DNA from: Nannocystis bainbridge
GTDB taxonomy: Bacteria; Myxococcota_A; Polyangia; Nannocystales; Nannocystaceae
Assembly: GCF_028368995.1 (NCBI RefSeq)
Contig: NZ_JAQNDL010000002.1
Coordinates: 992,001-1,056,000, forward strand
Length of the DNA stretch: 64,000 nucleotides
Reading direction: 5' to 3'
Shown here piece after piece: positions 11,733-20,875 of this stretch (its first letter is position 1; each line of letters begins with the position of its first letter). The notes under the pieces were generated by a model. That model was not told the DNA's origin. It did no database searches and saw nothing but the letters and a program-made list of their open reading frames with translations. A program made the translations under genes and the position numbers.

Positions 11733-14700
11733 ATGCCGATGCGTGCCTTTCACCGACCTCGCGGTGCCGTGCTGGCCACGGCGGTGTTCGTCGGCGCGCC
11801 CGTGCTCGCGGCCCTCGTGCCGCAGACGGCGCGGGCGCTCGAGAGCGCGGGGCTCAGCGGCGCGATCAAGGACCGCCAGACGGGTGAGCCGGTGGCGGGG
11901 GTCGTCGTGCTCGCGCAGTGCAACTGCTTGCAGGGCCCGCGCGACACCCGGACCAACGCCGAGGGCGTGTACGTCTTCCGCGACCTGCCGCCCGGCGTCT
12001 ACACGGTGCAGGCGCTGTACCGCGAGAACGACCTCAGCAAGATCGTCGAGCTGGGGCCGGCGGCGAAGGTGCGGGTCGACTTTCAGCTCGCGCCGGACGA
12101 GCGGTGGGTGCAGACGATCGTGGTCGAGTCGGCGCCGATCCGGACCGACGGCGCCAGCGTGCAGAAGGTCGACGTCGAGCGCATGCGCAAGATCCCGCTC
12201 GGCGGGACCAGCCGCGACTACACCGCGGTCGTCGACATCTCGCCGACCGCGGGCCGCGACGCCGGCGGGATCCGTCTCGGCAGCGGCACCAGTGCCGAGA
12301 GCAAGTACGTCGTCGACAGCCAGAACTCGACCAGCCCGGCGTTCGGGACCGTCGGCGCCAGCATCGTCCAGGAGTTCGTCGACGAGGTCGAGGTCGTCGA
12401 GGGGGTGTTCGACGCCGAGAACGGCGGGGCCAGCGGCGGCCTGGTGCGGGCGCGCCGGATCGGCGGCAGCAACAAGTGGCGCGGGCAGGTGCTGTTCCGC
12501 TTCACGCCGCGCATCGCCTCGCCGCGCTTCATCGACGCCACCGACGAGTCGCTGCGCGTGGCCGAGATCTACAACTACGAGATGCAGGGCGTGGTCACCC
12601 TGTCGGGCCCGATCGTGCGCGACAAGCTGTTCTTCGCCATCGGCCTCGCCCCGGGCGGCAGCAACAACTCGCTGGTGCAGTCGTTCTTCCGCCGGCGCGA
12701 CAAGGACCTCTCGGGCGGCTACGAGGGTTGCCCGTACGCCAACGGCGTCAACGACTGCGCCGCCAACGGCAACTACATCGACACCGTCAAGTTCGCCGAG
12801 CAGAAGTTTCGCACCGGCCGCTTCGACCTCGGCTGGACCGCGAGCCTCGACTGGCAGATAAGCCCCCGCCACCGCCTGCGGCTGTCGGGCGGCGGCGGCC
12901 CGAACTTTCGCCGCCGCAGCTTCCGTCAGCCGACGGGGTCCGAGCCCAACGCGTTCGGCACCAACCCCAACGCGACGATCGGCGGCGCCTCGCGCGTGGC
13001 CTCGGGCGTGGTCAACGACAGCTTCGGCGTCGATTACGGCAACAGCACCGGCGTCGGCCTCGAGTACGAGGGGCGGGCGCTCAACGACAAGCTCGAGCTC
13101 GACGGCTACGTCTACTACACGCGCCTGCGCGGGCAGCAGGCGTGGAAGCTCGACCACGAAGAGAAGCGCCGGATCCCGCTGACGCAGGAGCGCGACACCC
13201 AGGGCCGCAACCTCTACGACCTGCTCGACCGCGACGACGCCGTGCGCCTGGTCCAGGGCGCCAGCGACGCCTGCAACGACTCGAACCTGCCCGGGCTGAC
13301 GTGCCCGACGCGGGTGTGGCTGTCGGGCGGCATCGGCTCGTACTCGAGCACGCAGCAGGACCGGATCGGCGGCGGCTTCGCGCTGACGCATTTCCTCTCG
13401 GCGCGGCGCGGCGGCGCTCACCAGCTCAAGTACGGGTTCGAGATCGACGGCTCGCAGATCCGCCAGCGCTCGGCCTACTCGGGCGGCAACGACCCCGACT
13501 TCTACGCCAACTGTCCTCAGGGACAGGTCGGCGGCGGCGAGTACTGCTTCGATCGGGACAGCGGCGAGTACACCCTCAACACCGCCAACCGGGTCAACAA
13601 CAACCGCGTCGTCATCGTCCAGTCGGACAACCCCGACCAGCGGCAGACGCTCGGGTTCGGCCGCGTGCGCTACGAGCAGGACGACCTGCGGGCCATCGCC
13701 ACCCCGCTCGGCGCCGGCGTGCGCGTGCCGGCCTACGCGTCGTCGCTGTCGAGCCAGAACTACGCATTCTTCGCCCAGGACAAGTGGTCGATCCTCTCCA
13801 ACCTCTACGTCTCGGCCGGCGTGCGCTGGGAGATCCAGGAGCTGCGCGACGTGTTCGGCCGGCGCGGCCTGCTGATCGCCGACAACGTGGCCCCGCGCGC
13901 GAGCCTGGTCTACGACTGGACCGACGAGGGCAAGAGCCGGCTGTACGTCAGCTACGGGTGGTTCTACGCCCAGATCCCCGCGATCCTCGGCAACCGGATC
14001 TTCGGCGGGCTCGTCAACGTCAACCGCACCTACCGCAACTCCGACTGCCAGACCCCGGTGACGATCGGCGGCGTGGCGCACGACCGGCTCGAGAGCGGCG
14101 CGCCGACCGAGTGGTGCGCCGACGGCAACCAGAGCACCAGCGGCCTGACCTTCGGCGCGGTCGCGCCTGACCTGAAGGGCATGTACGTGCAGCGCTTCAA
14201 CGCCGGCTACGAGCACGAGGTGGTCGAGGACCTGCTGATCGGGGTGCGCTGGCAGCACGACGGGCTCGGGCGGGCGATCGAGGACGTGTCGACCAACGGC
14301 GGCCTCAACTTCCTGCTGGCCAACCCCGGCGAGTCGGTATCGCGGGCCGACATCGCCCGCCAGGAGGAGCGCTGCGAGCAGCTGCAGGCCCAGGCCGACG
14401 CCACCGACGCCGACGACCCGCAGCGCCAGACCGCGGTCCGCGAGCTGAACCGCTGCGACTTCCTGGCCTCGTCGTTCCGCCAGCTCGGCGGCATGTTCTC
14501 GCGCCCGGTCCGCAACTACGACGCGTGGATCTTGCAGGTGACCAAGCGGTTCGCCAAGAACTGGGTGTTCCAGGGCAGCTACATCTACAGCCGGCTGATC
14601 GGCAACTACGACGGCTTCGTCGACCGCAACACCGGCGCGATCAACATCGGCGCCAGCACCACGTACGACATCCCCGAGCTGGTGCGCAACAGCTACGGGC

Positions 14701-15218
14701 CGCTGTGGGACAACCGGCCGCACCAGCTCAAGCTCGACGGCTACTACACCTTCGACCTGCGCCGCGGCGGTCGGCTGACGCTCGGGGTCAACTTCCGCTT
14801 CCAGTCGGGCTCGCCGATCAGCGTCTACGCCGACAACAACCGCTACGCCGGCCAGTCGCTGGTGTACGTGCTGCCGCGCGGGGCCGGCGGCCGGCTCGAG
14901 CCCAACTACTACGCCAACCTCGGCGTCTCGTACGCGTACCCGCTGCCGGGCGAGCTCGAGCTCGAGCTCGCGGCCCGCCTCGTCAACCTCACCAACTCCA
15001 AGGCGGTGCTGCGGATCGACGAGACCTACTCCTTCTCGCAGAGCCGGGCGATCGCCGGGGGCGACCTCGACGACCTCAAGCACGCCAAGGTCCAGACCGC
15101 CAACGCGCCGACGGCCTTCTTCCAGCGCAACGTGCTGCCGGCCCAGGGCAACTTCGGGGTGCAGACCCAGTTCCAGCAGCCGATCGGGGCCCAGTTCGAG
15201 GTCCGGCTGCGGTTCTGA
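11733..15218 (+). CDS. TonB-dependent outer-membrane transporter, Oar-like, with an N-terminal carboxypeptidase-regulatory-like domain
   Basis: Signal peptide; GAIKDRQTGEPVAGV...TNAEGVYVFRDLPPGVY; plug FDAENGGASGG; FAQDKW, APRASLVYD; C-terminal EVRLRF; many loop Cys. Confidence 0.9.
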   Translation: MPMRAFHRPRGAVLATAVFVGAPVLAALVPQTARALESAGLSGAIKDRQTGEPVAGVVVLAQCNCLQGPRDTRTNAEGVYVFRDLPPGVYTVQALYRENDLSKIVELGPAAKVRVDFQLAPDERWVQTIVVESAPIRTDGASVQKVDVERMRKIPLGGTSRDYTAVVDISPTAGRDAGGIRLGSGTSAESKYVVDSQNSTSPAFGTVGASIVQEFVDEVEVVEGVFDAENGGASGGLVRARRIGGSNKWRGQVLFRFTPRIASPRFIDATDESLRVAEIYNYEMQGVVTLSGPIVRDKLFFAIGLAPGGSNNSLVQSFFRRRDKDLSGGYEGCPYANGVNDCAANGNYIDTVKFAEQKFRTGRFDLGWTASLDWQISPRHRLRLSGGGGPNFRRRSFRQPTGSEPNAFGTNPNATIGGASRVASGVVNDSFGVDYGNSTGVGLEYEGRALNDKLELDGYVYYTRLRGQQAWKLDHEEKRRIPLTQERDTQGRNLYDLLDRDDAVRLVQGASDACNDSNLPGLTCPTRVWLSGGIGSYSSTQQDRIGGGFALTHFLSARRGGAHQLKYGFEIDGSQIRQRSAYSGGNDPDFYANCPQGQVGGGEYCFDRDSGEYTLNTANRVNNNRVVIVQSDNPDQRQTLGFGRVRYEQDDLRAIATPLGAGVRVPAYASSLSSQNYAFFAQDKWSILSNLYVSAGVRWEIQELRDVFGRRGLLIADNVAPRASLVYDWTDEGKSRLYVSYGWFYAQIPAILGNRIFGGLVNVNRTYRNSDCQTPVTIGGVAHDRLESGAPTEWCADGNQSTSGLTFGAVAPDLKGMYVQRFNAGYEHEVVEDLLIGVRWQHDGLGRAIEDVSTNGGLNFLLANPGESVSRADIARQEERCEQLQAQADATDADDPQRQTAVRELNRCDFLASSFRQLGGMFSRPVRNYDAWILQVTKRFAKNWVFQGSYIYSRLIGNYDGFVDRNTGAINIGASTTYDIPELVRNSYGPLWDNRPHQLKLDGYYTFDLRRGGRLTLGVNFRFQSGSPISVYADNNRYAGQSLVYVLPRGAGGRLEPNYYANLGVSYAYPLPGELELELAARLVNLTNSKAVLRIDETYSFSQSRAIAGGDLDDLKHAKVQTANAPTAFFQRNVLPAQGNFGVQTQFQQPIGAQFEVRLRF

Positions 15219-15223
15219 AGGTA

Positions 15224-15297
15224 CATGTCCGTTCGGGAATGTCCGAACGGACATGTCCCGCGCGCTAGGTCGCTTCGGACATGCCCCGGAGGACAGC
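15224..15297. repeat. Phased 14-bp palindrome array between convergent genes
   Basis: Cores at 15224, 15238, 15252, 15266, 15280 and 15294; perfect unit TGTCCGAACGGACA at 15240-15253. Confidence 0.85.
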
Positions 15298-16734
15298 CGC
15301 GAGCGCGGCGGCGTCGAGCGCGTCGAGGCGATCGCCGAGCTCGACCTGCACGCCGCCGGGCCACACGCGGGTGCGGTGGCCGGGGAACGGCGCGAGGGCC
15401 AGCAGGAGCGACTCGGGCAGGCGCTCGAGGCGGCGGGCGTCGCCGCGGGCGCGGTGGCCGGCGACCAGCGGGTGCGGCTCGTCGCCGGCGCGGCCGGGCA
15501 CGAGCTCGACGTCGGGCGCGCCGCGGCCGAGCACGCCGGCCTGCAGGACCACGTGCCAGCCGCCGCGATCCTGGCGGGCGCGCAGGTCGACGGCGACGCG
15601 CGCGACCTCGCCGCGCACGGCGATCACGGCCCCGCGCTCTTGCTCGAGCACCGTCGGCGCGGGCAGCCCGAGCAGGCCGGCGGCCTCGAGCACGATCGGC
15701 TCGATCGGGCGCGTCGGGGCGACGACCCGCGGCGCGGGAGCCGGGGCCCCGGCGAGGGTGTCGAGGCCGAGCAGCAGGCCGGCGCCGGTCATCAGCACCA
15801 GCTGCGGGGTCGACAGCCCGAGGCCGGCGCACAGCAGGATCACGAGGCACAGCCCGCGCACGTGGTCGCGGCGCGACAGCAGGGCGGTGGTCGTCAGCGC
15901 GAACACCACGAACAGGGTCAGCATGCCGCCGACGATCCGCCAGCCCGGGAGGTAACCGGGGTAGGGCAGCTCGAAGCCGAGCAGCGAGCGCGCGAGCTGA
16001 CCGACGGCCGCCTCGAGGTCGCCGAAGCGCTGGGTGTAGCCCCGGTGCAACACGAGGCAGGCGACCGCCGACATGCCGAGGGCGGCGCCGTGGAGGCCGC
16101 GCTCGGCCCGGGGGCGCATCAGCACCATGCCGACCAGCGCGGCCGCGCCGACGCTGACGAGGATCGGCGCGGCGGCCTCGGAGCCGAGCGGCATGCCCGA
16201 AAGGACAGATGCGCCGCCGAGCCCGCAGCGCACGGCGAGCGGGACCAGCAGGGCGACGGCGCCCCAGCGCAGCAGGGGCGGCTGGAGCTGCGACCACAGA
16301 GCCGCGAGCGCGAGCGGGGCGGCCAGCAGCAGGCTGACCGTTCCGACCTGTCCCAAGAGACCGATAGGCGAGTCGGGGGCGCGGTTCAGGTGCTCGGTCA
16401 GCAGCAGGCCCGCGCCGACGATCGCCGGGGCCGCGGGGACCATGCGCAGGCGCCCGAGCGCGCGGTCGCTGGCCCAGCCCAGCGCCACCGCGACGCAGGC
16501 CGCGGCGCACAGGGCGGCGAGGAAGTGATGCAGCAGCAGCTCGCCGTGGTAGGCGAGGCCGAGCAGCGAGCCGCGGAAGCGGACCAGCAGGGCGGCGATC
16601 ACCACGGCGGGCAGGCCGAGCGCGACGCACACGAGCGGCGGGCGGTGGCGCTGCCACGCGACCACGCCGCCGCCGATCGCCAGCACCGCGGCGGTGAGCA
16701 GGTAGATCGTCGGGCCCTCGCGAGCGGCGCGCAT
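15265..16734 (-). CDS. Polytopic membrane protein with a soluble C-terminal domain (unknown function)
   Basis: About 10 hydrophobic segments, then a ~140-aa soluble region; start chosen at MRAAREG (uncertain). Confidence 0.75.
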   Translation of the reverse strand: MRAAREGPTIYLLTAAVLAIGGGVVAWQRHRPPLVCVALGLPAVVIAALLVRFRGSLLGLAYHGELLLHHFLAALCAAACVAVALGWASDRALGRLRMVPAAPAIVGAGLLLTEHLNRAPDSPIGLLGQVGTVSLLLAAPLALAALWSQLQPPLLRWGAVALLVPLAVRCGLGGASVLSGMPLGSEAAAPILVSVGAAALVGMVLMRPRAERGLHGAALGMSAVACLVLHRGYTQRFGDLEAAVGQLARSLLGFELPYPGYLPGWRIVGGMLTLFVVFALTTTALLSRRDHVRGLCLVILLCAGLGLSTPQLVLMTGAGLLLGLDTLAGAPAPAPRVVAPTRPIEPIVLEAAGLLGLPAPTVLEQERGAVIAVRGEVARVAVDLRARQDRGGWHVVLQAGVLGRGAPDVELVPGRAGDEPHPLVAGHRARGDARRLERLPESLLLALAPFPGHRTRVWPGGVQVELGDRLDALDAAALAAVLRGMSEAT

Positions 16735-17071
16735 GACGGCCGCGTCGCTCGACAGCGACAGCTCGAGCGTCGCCACCAGCTGAAGGATGGCGGCGAAGGC
16801 CGCAGCTGCCGCGAGGGTGTGCGTCTTTGGCGTGCGGCCTGTCACGCGACTCTGGGCGCTGTCATGAGGTCGAGGCACGCGGCGAATTGCCGGTGTGCAG
16901 CCCGTGCAGCGTAGCACGCCGGTGGGCCGCCACGGACCGCGAGCGGGCGAGCGAGCGCGCACGACCGGGTCCGGCGGGCGCGGCGGCCGGCGACCGGCGA
17001 CGGACCCCGAAAGCTCAAGCGCCCCACGGTCCGGGTCACCGGAAGGCGTGGGGCGCAGAGCATTTACTGAG

Positions 17072-17146
17072 GGCGATTAATGGGATTTGAACCCATGACC
17101 TCTCGGACCACAACCGAGCGCTCTAACCAGCTGAGCTATAACCGCC
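17072..17146 (-). tRNA. tRNA-His (GUG), with encoded G-1; CCA not encoded
   Basis: The minus strand reads GGCGGTTATAGCTCAGCTGGTTAGAGCGCTCGGTTGTGGTCCGAGAGGTCATGGGTTCAAATCCCATTAATCGCC: cloverleaf, GTG anticodon, TTCAAAT T-loop, C73 discriminator. Confidence 0.97.
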
Positions 17147-17210
17147 GTGTGCTTGTGGAGTCCCCGGCAGGGCCGGGGAGGCGGTGTGTAACACAGGCCC
17201 GTGGGGTTGG

Positions 17211-17750
17211 CTAGCCCGATTGCGCCGGCTTGGCGTCGCGCTCCTCACGAGGAGGCGGGGGCGGGGCGAGCTGACCGGCCGCGGGGTGGTCCTTGCAGAC
17301 GCGCAGCCACAGCGGCATGACCTCGGCCAGGTCCTCGGCGACGACCCGCGGGACGACGCAGTGGGCCAGCCCGTGGTGGCTCATGTAGCCGACGATCGCC
17401 GCCCGGCCGGCGGCGATCTCGGCGTGCAGCGCGGGCTCGAGGGTGAGGCGGCCGAGCGAACCCTGGGCGGTCGGGAAATGGAACGCCTCGGCGTGCTCGC
17501 TCGGCAGGCCGCCGACCGGGTCGAGGCGGGAGCGGTCGACGACGCGGCGGAGGGTGTCGTAGATCTCGCTCTTGCCGGCCTTCTTGAGGGCGGCGACGTC
17601 GAGGCCCGACTTGGGCTTCGCCGGGGCGGCGGGCGCGGGTCGGGCGGCGGACTTGGCGGCGGGCTTGCCGGCCTTCTTGCGCTCGGCAGCGGCGAGTTGC
17701 TCCGGGGTGACGAGGCCCGCGGCGGCGAGCTTGGCCTTGAGGTCGAGCAT
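17211..17750 (-). CDS. DUF2058/YaiL-like protein
   Basis: N-terminal MLDLKAKLAAAGLV and later FHF...LTL...IAAGRAAIV...VVPRVVAE resemble the YaiL family pattern. Confidence 0.65.
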   Translation of the reverse strand: MLDLKAKLAAAGLVTPEQLAAAERKKAGKPAAKSAARPAPAAPAKPKSGLDVAALKKAGKSEIYDTLRRVVDRSRLDPVGGLPSEHAEAFHFPTAQGSLGRLTLEPALHAEIAAGRAAIVGYMSHHGLAHCVVPRVVAEDLAEVMPLWLRVCKDHPAAGQLAPPPPPREERDAKPAQSG

Positions 17751-17773
17751 GGCGGGGGATCTATAACTCAAGT

Positions 17774-18115
17774 TCAGGCGGCGCTGCGCAGCATGGCCTG
17801 CAGCAAGGTGGCCTCGAGCGCGGACAGGCCGACGAAGCGCAGGCCGAGCCCGGGGAAGCGGCCCTCGCGGGTGCCGCCGACGCGCACGACCTCGGCGTCG
17901 AGCACGAGCGGATTTTTGGCGGCGCCGCGGTCCATGGTCAGGCGCACGGACGTGCCGACGGCGACGGCGCGGGCGGTGGTGACAAAGGCGCCGCCGCCCG
18001 AGAGGTCCAGGGTTTGCCCGCGCACCGGGCCTTCGGGCGTGCTCACGAGCGCGGCGATGCGGACCCGCACGCGCGGGAAGGCCCGGCGCTCGCCACGACT
18101 GGTCAGATCTCCCAT
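17774..18115 (-). CDS. Stand-alone PilZ-domain (c-di-GMP-binding) protein
   Basis: RRAFPR (RxxxR) and DLSGGG (DxSxxG), with terminal GLGLRF; start uncertain (18115 or 18160). Confidence 0.85.
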   Translation of the reverse strand: MGDLTSRGERRAFPRVRVRIAALVSTPEGPVRGQTLDLSGGGAFVTTARAVAVGTSVRLTMDRGAAKNPLVLDAEVVRVGGTREGRFPGLGLRFVGLSALEATLLQAMLRSAA

Positions 18116-18264
18116 GGCCTGCACCTGCGCCGACCACCGGCGCCTCTTCTTCTTGTGCATCAACTCGCGGGGCGCGCCAGATGGAGTCACGGCGCGCGTG
18201 TGTCCGGTCGCACCCGTGGTCCGGCTTGACCGTGCGCGCGGGAGCGGTCCATCCTTGCCGCCGC

Positions 18265-20115
18265 TTGAAAGTCCACCTCATCGGCATCGGCGGCACCGGT
18301 ATGGGCGCGTTCGCAGGGCTTTTGCAGGAGGCCGGTCACGACGTCCGCGGCTCGGATACGCAGCTGTTTCCGCCGATGTCGACCCAGCTCGAGGCGGCCA
18401 AGATCCCCGTGTTCGAGGGCTTCCGGCCGGAGAACCTCGACTGGGGCCCCGACTTCGTGGTCGTCGGCAACGTCTGCAGCCGCGAGCACGTCGAGGTGGT
18501 CGGCGCCCAGGCCCGCGGGCTCGCGCTCGAGAGCTTCCCGTCGCTGCTCGAGAAGGTCGTGCTGCCCGAGCGGCGCGCGCTGGTGGTCGCCGGCACGCAC
18601 GGCAAGACGACCACGTCGTCGCTGCTGACGTGGATGCTGCAGGTCGCGGGCCTGCAGCCGAGCGCGCTGGTCGGCGGCGTGCCGATCAACCTCGGCCGCG
18701 GCTACCTGTTCGGCCGCGGGCCGTCGATCGTGCTCGAGGGCGACGAGTACGACACCGCGTTCTTCGACAAGGGCTCGAAGTTCTTCCACTACCGCCCGTT
18801 CCGCGCGATCGTCACGAGCGTCGAGTTCGACCACGCCGACATCTTCGCCGACCTCGACGCGGTCAAGGCGGCGTTCGTCCGCTTCGTCGAGCTCATCCCG
18901 CCGGAGGGCGACCTGGTGGTCTGCGCCGACGATGCCGGGGCGATGGAAGTGGCCCGCGCGGCCCGCTGCAAGCTCACCACCTACCGCGTGCTCGCCGACG
19001 GCGACGACCCGGGCTCGGCCGACTACACCTGCCGCGTCGAGGCCAAGCGCGGCCGCGGCCTGATGGTGTTCGAGGTGTTCGAGCGCGGCGTCAGCCTCGG
19101 CGAATTCCAGACCACGCTGGTCGGCACCTACAACCTCGGCAACGTGCTCGCGGCGCTGGCCGTGGCCCGGCAAGAGGGCGCGTCGGTCGAGGCGCTGTTC
19201 GACGCGGTGCGCCGGTTCCTCGGCGTCAAGCGGCGCCAGGAGCTGCTCGGCATCGCCAGCGGGATCCGCGTCGTCACCGACTTCGCCCACCACCCGACGG
19301 CGGTGCGCCTCACCACCACGGCGATCCGCCGCCGCTTCCCCAACGGTCGCCTGTTCGTGTGCTTCGAGCCGCGCTCGGCGTCGTCGCGGCGGTCGGTGTT
19401 CTCCGACGGCTACGCCGAGAGCTTCGCGGCCGCCTCGCGCGTCGACGTGGGCCCGCTGTTCCGCCCGGAGAAGATCCCGCTGGACCAGCGCCTCGATCCG
19501 CCGGCGCTGGCGCGGGCCATCGCCGCCAACGGCATCGAGGCGCTGGCCCACGCCGACGTCGACGAGCTGGCGCAGGCGGTGCTCGCCGAGGCCGCCCCCG
19601 GCGACACGATCCTGCTGCTCACCTCGGGCTCGTTCGGCGGGCTCGGCGACAAGATCCTCAAGGCGCTCGGCGACGCGGTCATGTTCGCCACCCCGGAGGA
19701 CCTGCCGGCCGTGCACGCGCTGTGCTCGTCGTACGGGCTGGCGCCGACGATCCCCGGCGACACCACCGAGACGCTCATCATCCGCGAGCCCGAGGGCGCG
19801 GTGGTCGGCTGCGTGTCGCTGCGCATGGTCGGCGCGCAGGCGCTGCTGTTCAACCTGGCGATCGATCGCGAGCGCCGCGGCGAGGGCCTCGGCTGGATGC
19901 TGGCCGACGGCATCCTCCGGCGCGCGCGCATGCTCGGGGTCCAGCAGGTCTACCTCGTCACCACCGACGCGACCGATTTCTTCGCCGGCAAGCTCGGCGC
20001 GACGCCGGCGTCGGTCGAGGAGATCGATCCGCAGATCCGCCGCGACCCTAACTTCGTGCTCGGCGAGCGGGCCGTGTGCATGAAGATCGATCCCAGCTAC
20101 AAGCGGGGCTCGTGA
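18265..20115 (+). CDS. mpl: UDP-MurNAc:tripeptide ligase (murein peptide ligase) fused to a C-terminal GNAT domain
   Basis: HLIGIGGTGM, PPMSTQL, AGTHGKTTTSS, EGDEYDTAFFDK, EFDHADIF, GVKRRQE, DFAHHPTA, FEPRS; the C-terminus has GNAT motif A (LAIDRERRGEGLG). Confidence 0.9.
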   Translation: MKVHLIGIGGTGMGAFAGLLQEAGHDVRGSDTQLFPPMSTQLEAAKIPVFEGFRPENLDWGPDFVVVGNVCSREHVEVVGAQARGLALESFPSLLEKVVLPERRALVVAGTHGKTTTSSLLTWMLQVAGLQPSALVGGVPINLGRGYLFGRGPSIVLEGDEYDTAFFDKGSKFFHYRPFRAIVTSVEFDHADIFADLDAVKAAFVRFVELIPPEGDLVVCADDAGAMEVARAARCKLTTYRVLADGDDPGSADYTCRVEAKRGRGLMVFEVFERGVSLGEFQTTLVGTYNLGNVLAALAVARQEGASVEALFDAVRRFLGVKRRQELLGIASGIRVVTDFAHHPTAVRLTTTAIRRRFPNGRLFVCFEPRSASSRRSVFSDGYAESFAAASRVDVGPLFRPEKIPLDQRLDPPALARAIAANGIEALAHADVDELAQAVLAEAAPGDTILLLTSGSFGGLGDKILKALGDAVMFATPEDLPAVHALCSSYGLAPTIPGDTTETLIIREPEGAVVGCVSLRMVGAQALLFNLAIDRERRGEGLGWMLADGILRRARMLGVQQVYLVTTDATDFFAGKLGATPASVEEIDPQIRRDPNFVLGERAVCMKIDPSYKRGS

Positions 20116-20603
20116 CCGTCGCCGTGTTCGTGGCGCTCGCCGCGGTCGCGCTGGCGGCCGGCGTCGCCGCGGTGTGGCGCGCGCCGGCGTGGGCGCTGCC
20201 GGTGCTGGCGTGCGCGCTCGCGGGCGTGATGCTGCTGTACCAGGCGACGGGGCTGGCGCTCGTCACGATCGCGGCGATCGTCGGGGCGGCGCTGGTGATG
20301 GCGGTGGCGCGCGGACCGGCGCGCGTGGGCGCTCCTGCCGACGTTGCGGCGCCCTCGGGGCGGCTCGGGGCGGGGCGGCTCGCGGCGGTGACGGTCGCGG
20401 TCGCGGGCCTGCTGTTCGTGCTGGTCGGCACGTGGGCGCGCCAGTTCCTGTGGACGGGCCGCGAGCTGCCGCCGGGTTCGAGCTGGGGCGAGCTGCCCGG
20501 GCTGGGGGTCGCGCTGGGCGGCGCGCCGGGGCTGCTCGGCGTCGGGTTCGTGATCGTTGTGGCGGCAGCCGCGTGCGCCGGGCCGCCGCGGCATCGGATA
20601 TAA
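20112..20603 (+). CDS. Small hydrophobic membrane protein, NuoJ-like by position and size
   Basis: GTG start overlaps the mpl stop; about 5 TM segments; lies directly upstream of NuoK/L/M/N-like genes. Confidence 0.6.
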   Translation: MTVAVFVALAAVALAAGVAAVWRAPAWALPVLACALAGVMLLYQATGLALVTIAAIVGAALVMAVARGPARVGAPADVAAPSGRLGAGRLAAVTVAVAGLLFVLVGTWARQFLWTGRELPPGSSWGELPGLGVALGGAPGLLGVGFVIVVAAAACAGPPRHRI

Positions 20604-20611
20604 GACCGCGC

Positions 20612-20875
20612 GTGCCCATCACCCACGTCTACTACCTGGCCAGCGGCTTGTGGCTGCTCGGGCTCGCGGGCGTGCTGCTGCGCCGCGAGGGCTGGGGACG
20701 GACGCTGGCGCTGGTGGTGATGCTGGTCGGCGCGGCGACGGTGCTGGTCGGGGCCGCGCGCGCGTGGGCGCTGGCCGACATCCACGGCCTGGCGGCGCTG
20801 ATGTTCGCGCTCGCCGGGGCTTACGCGGTGGTGCTGGCGACGCTGCAGCCCGAGCCGGACCGGGAAGGTCCGTGA
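20612..20875 (+). CDS. Divergent NuoK/ND4L-like subunit
   Basis: VPITHVYYLASGLWLLGLAGVLLRR resembles the NuoK N-terminus (LGLTGLVIRR); 3 TM segments; 87 aa. Confidence 0.75.
   Translation: MPITHVYYLASGLWLLGLAGVLLRREGWGRTLALVVMLVGAATVLVGAARAWALADIHGLAALMFALAGAYAVVLATLQPEPDREGP

Noticed and set aside
17040-17210. tRNA-His as an integration site for a genomic island
   Set aside because: I saw no integrase, no duplicated tRNA 3' end and no compositional shift nearby.
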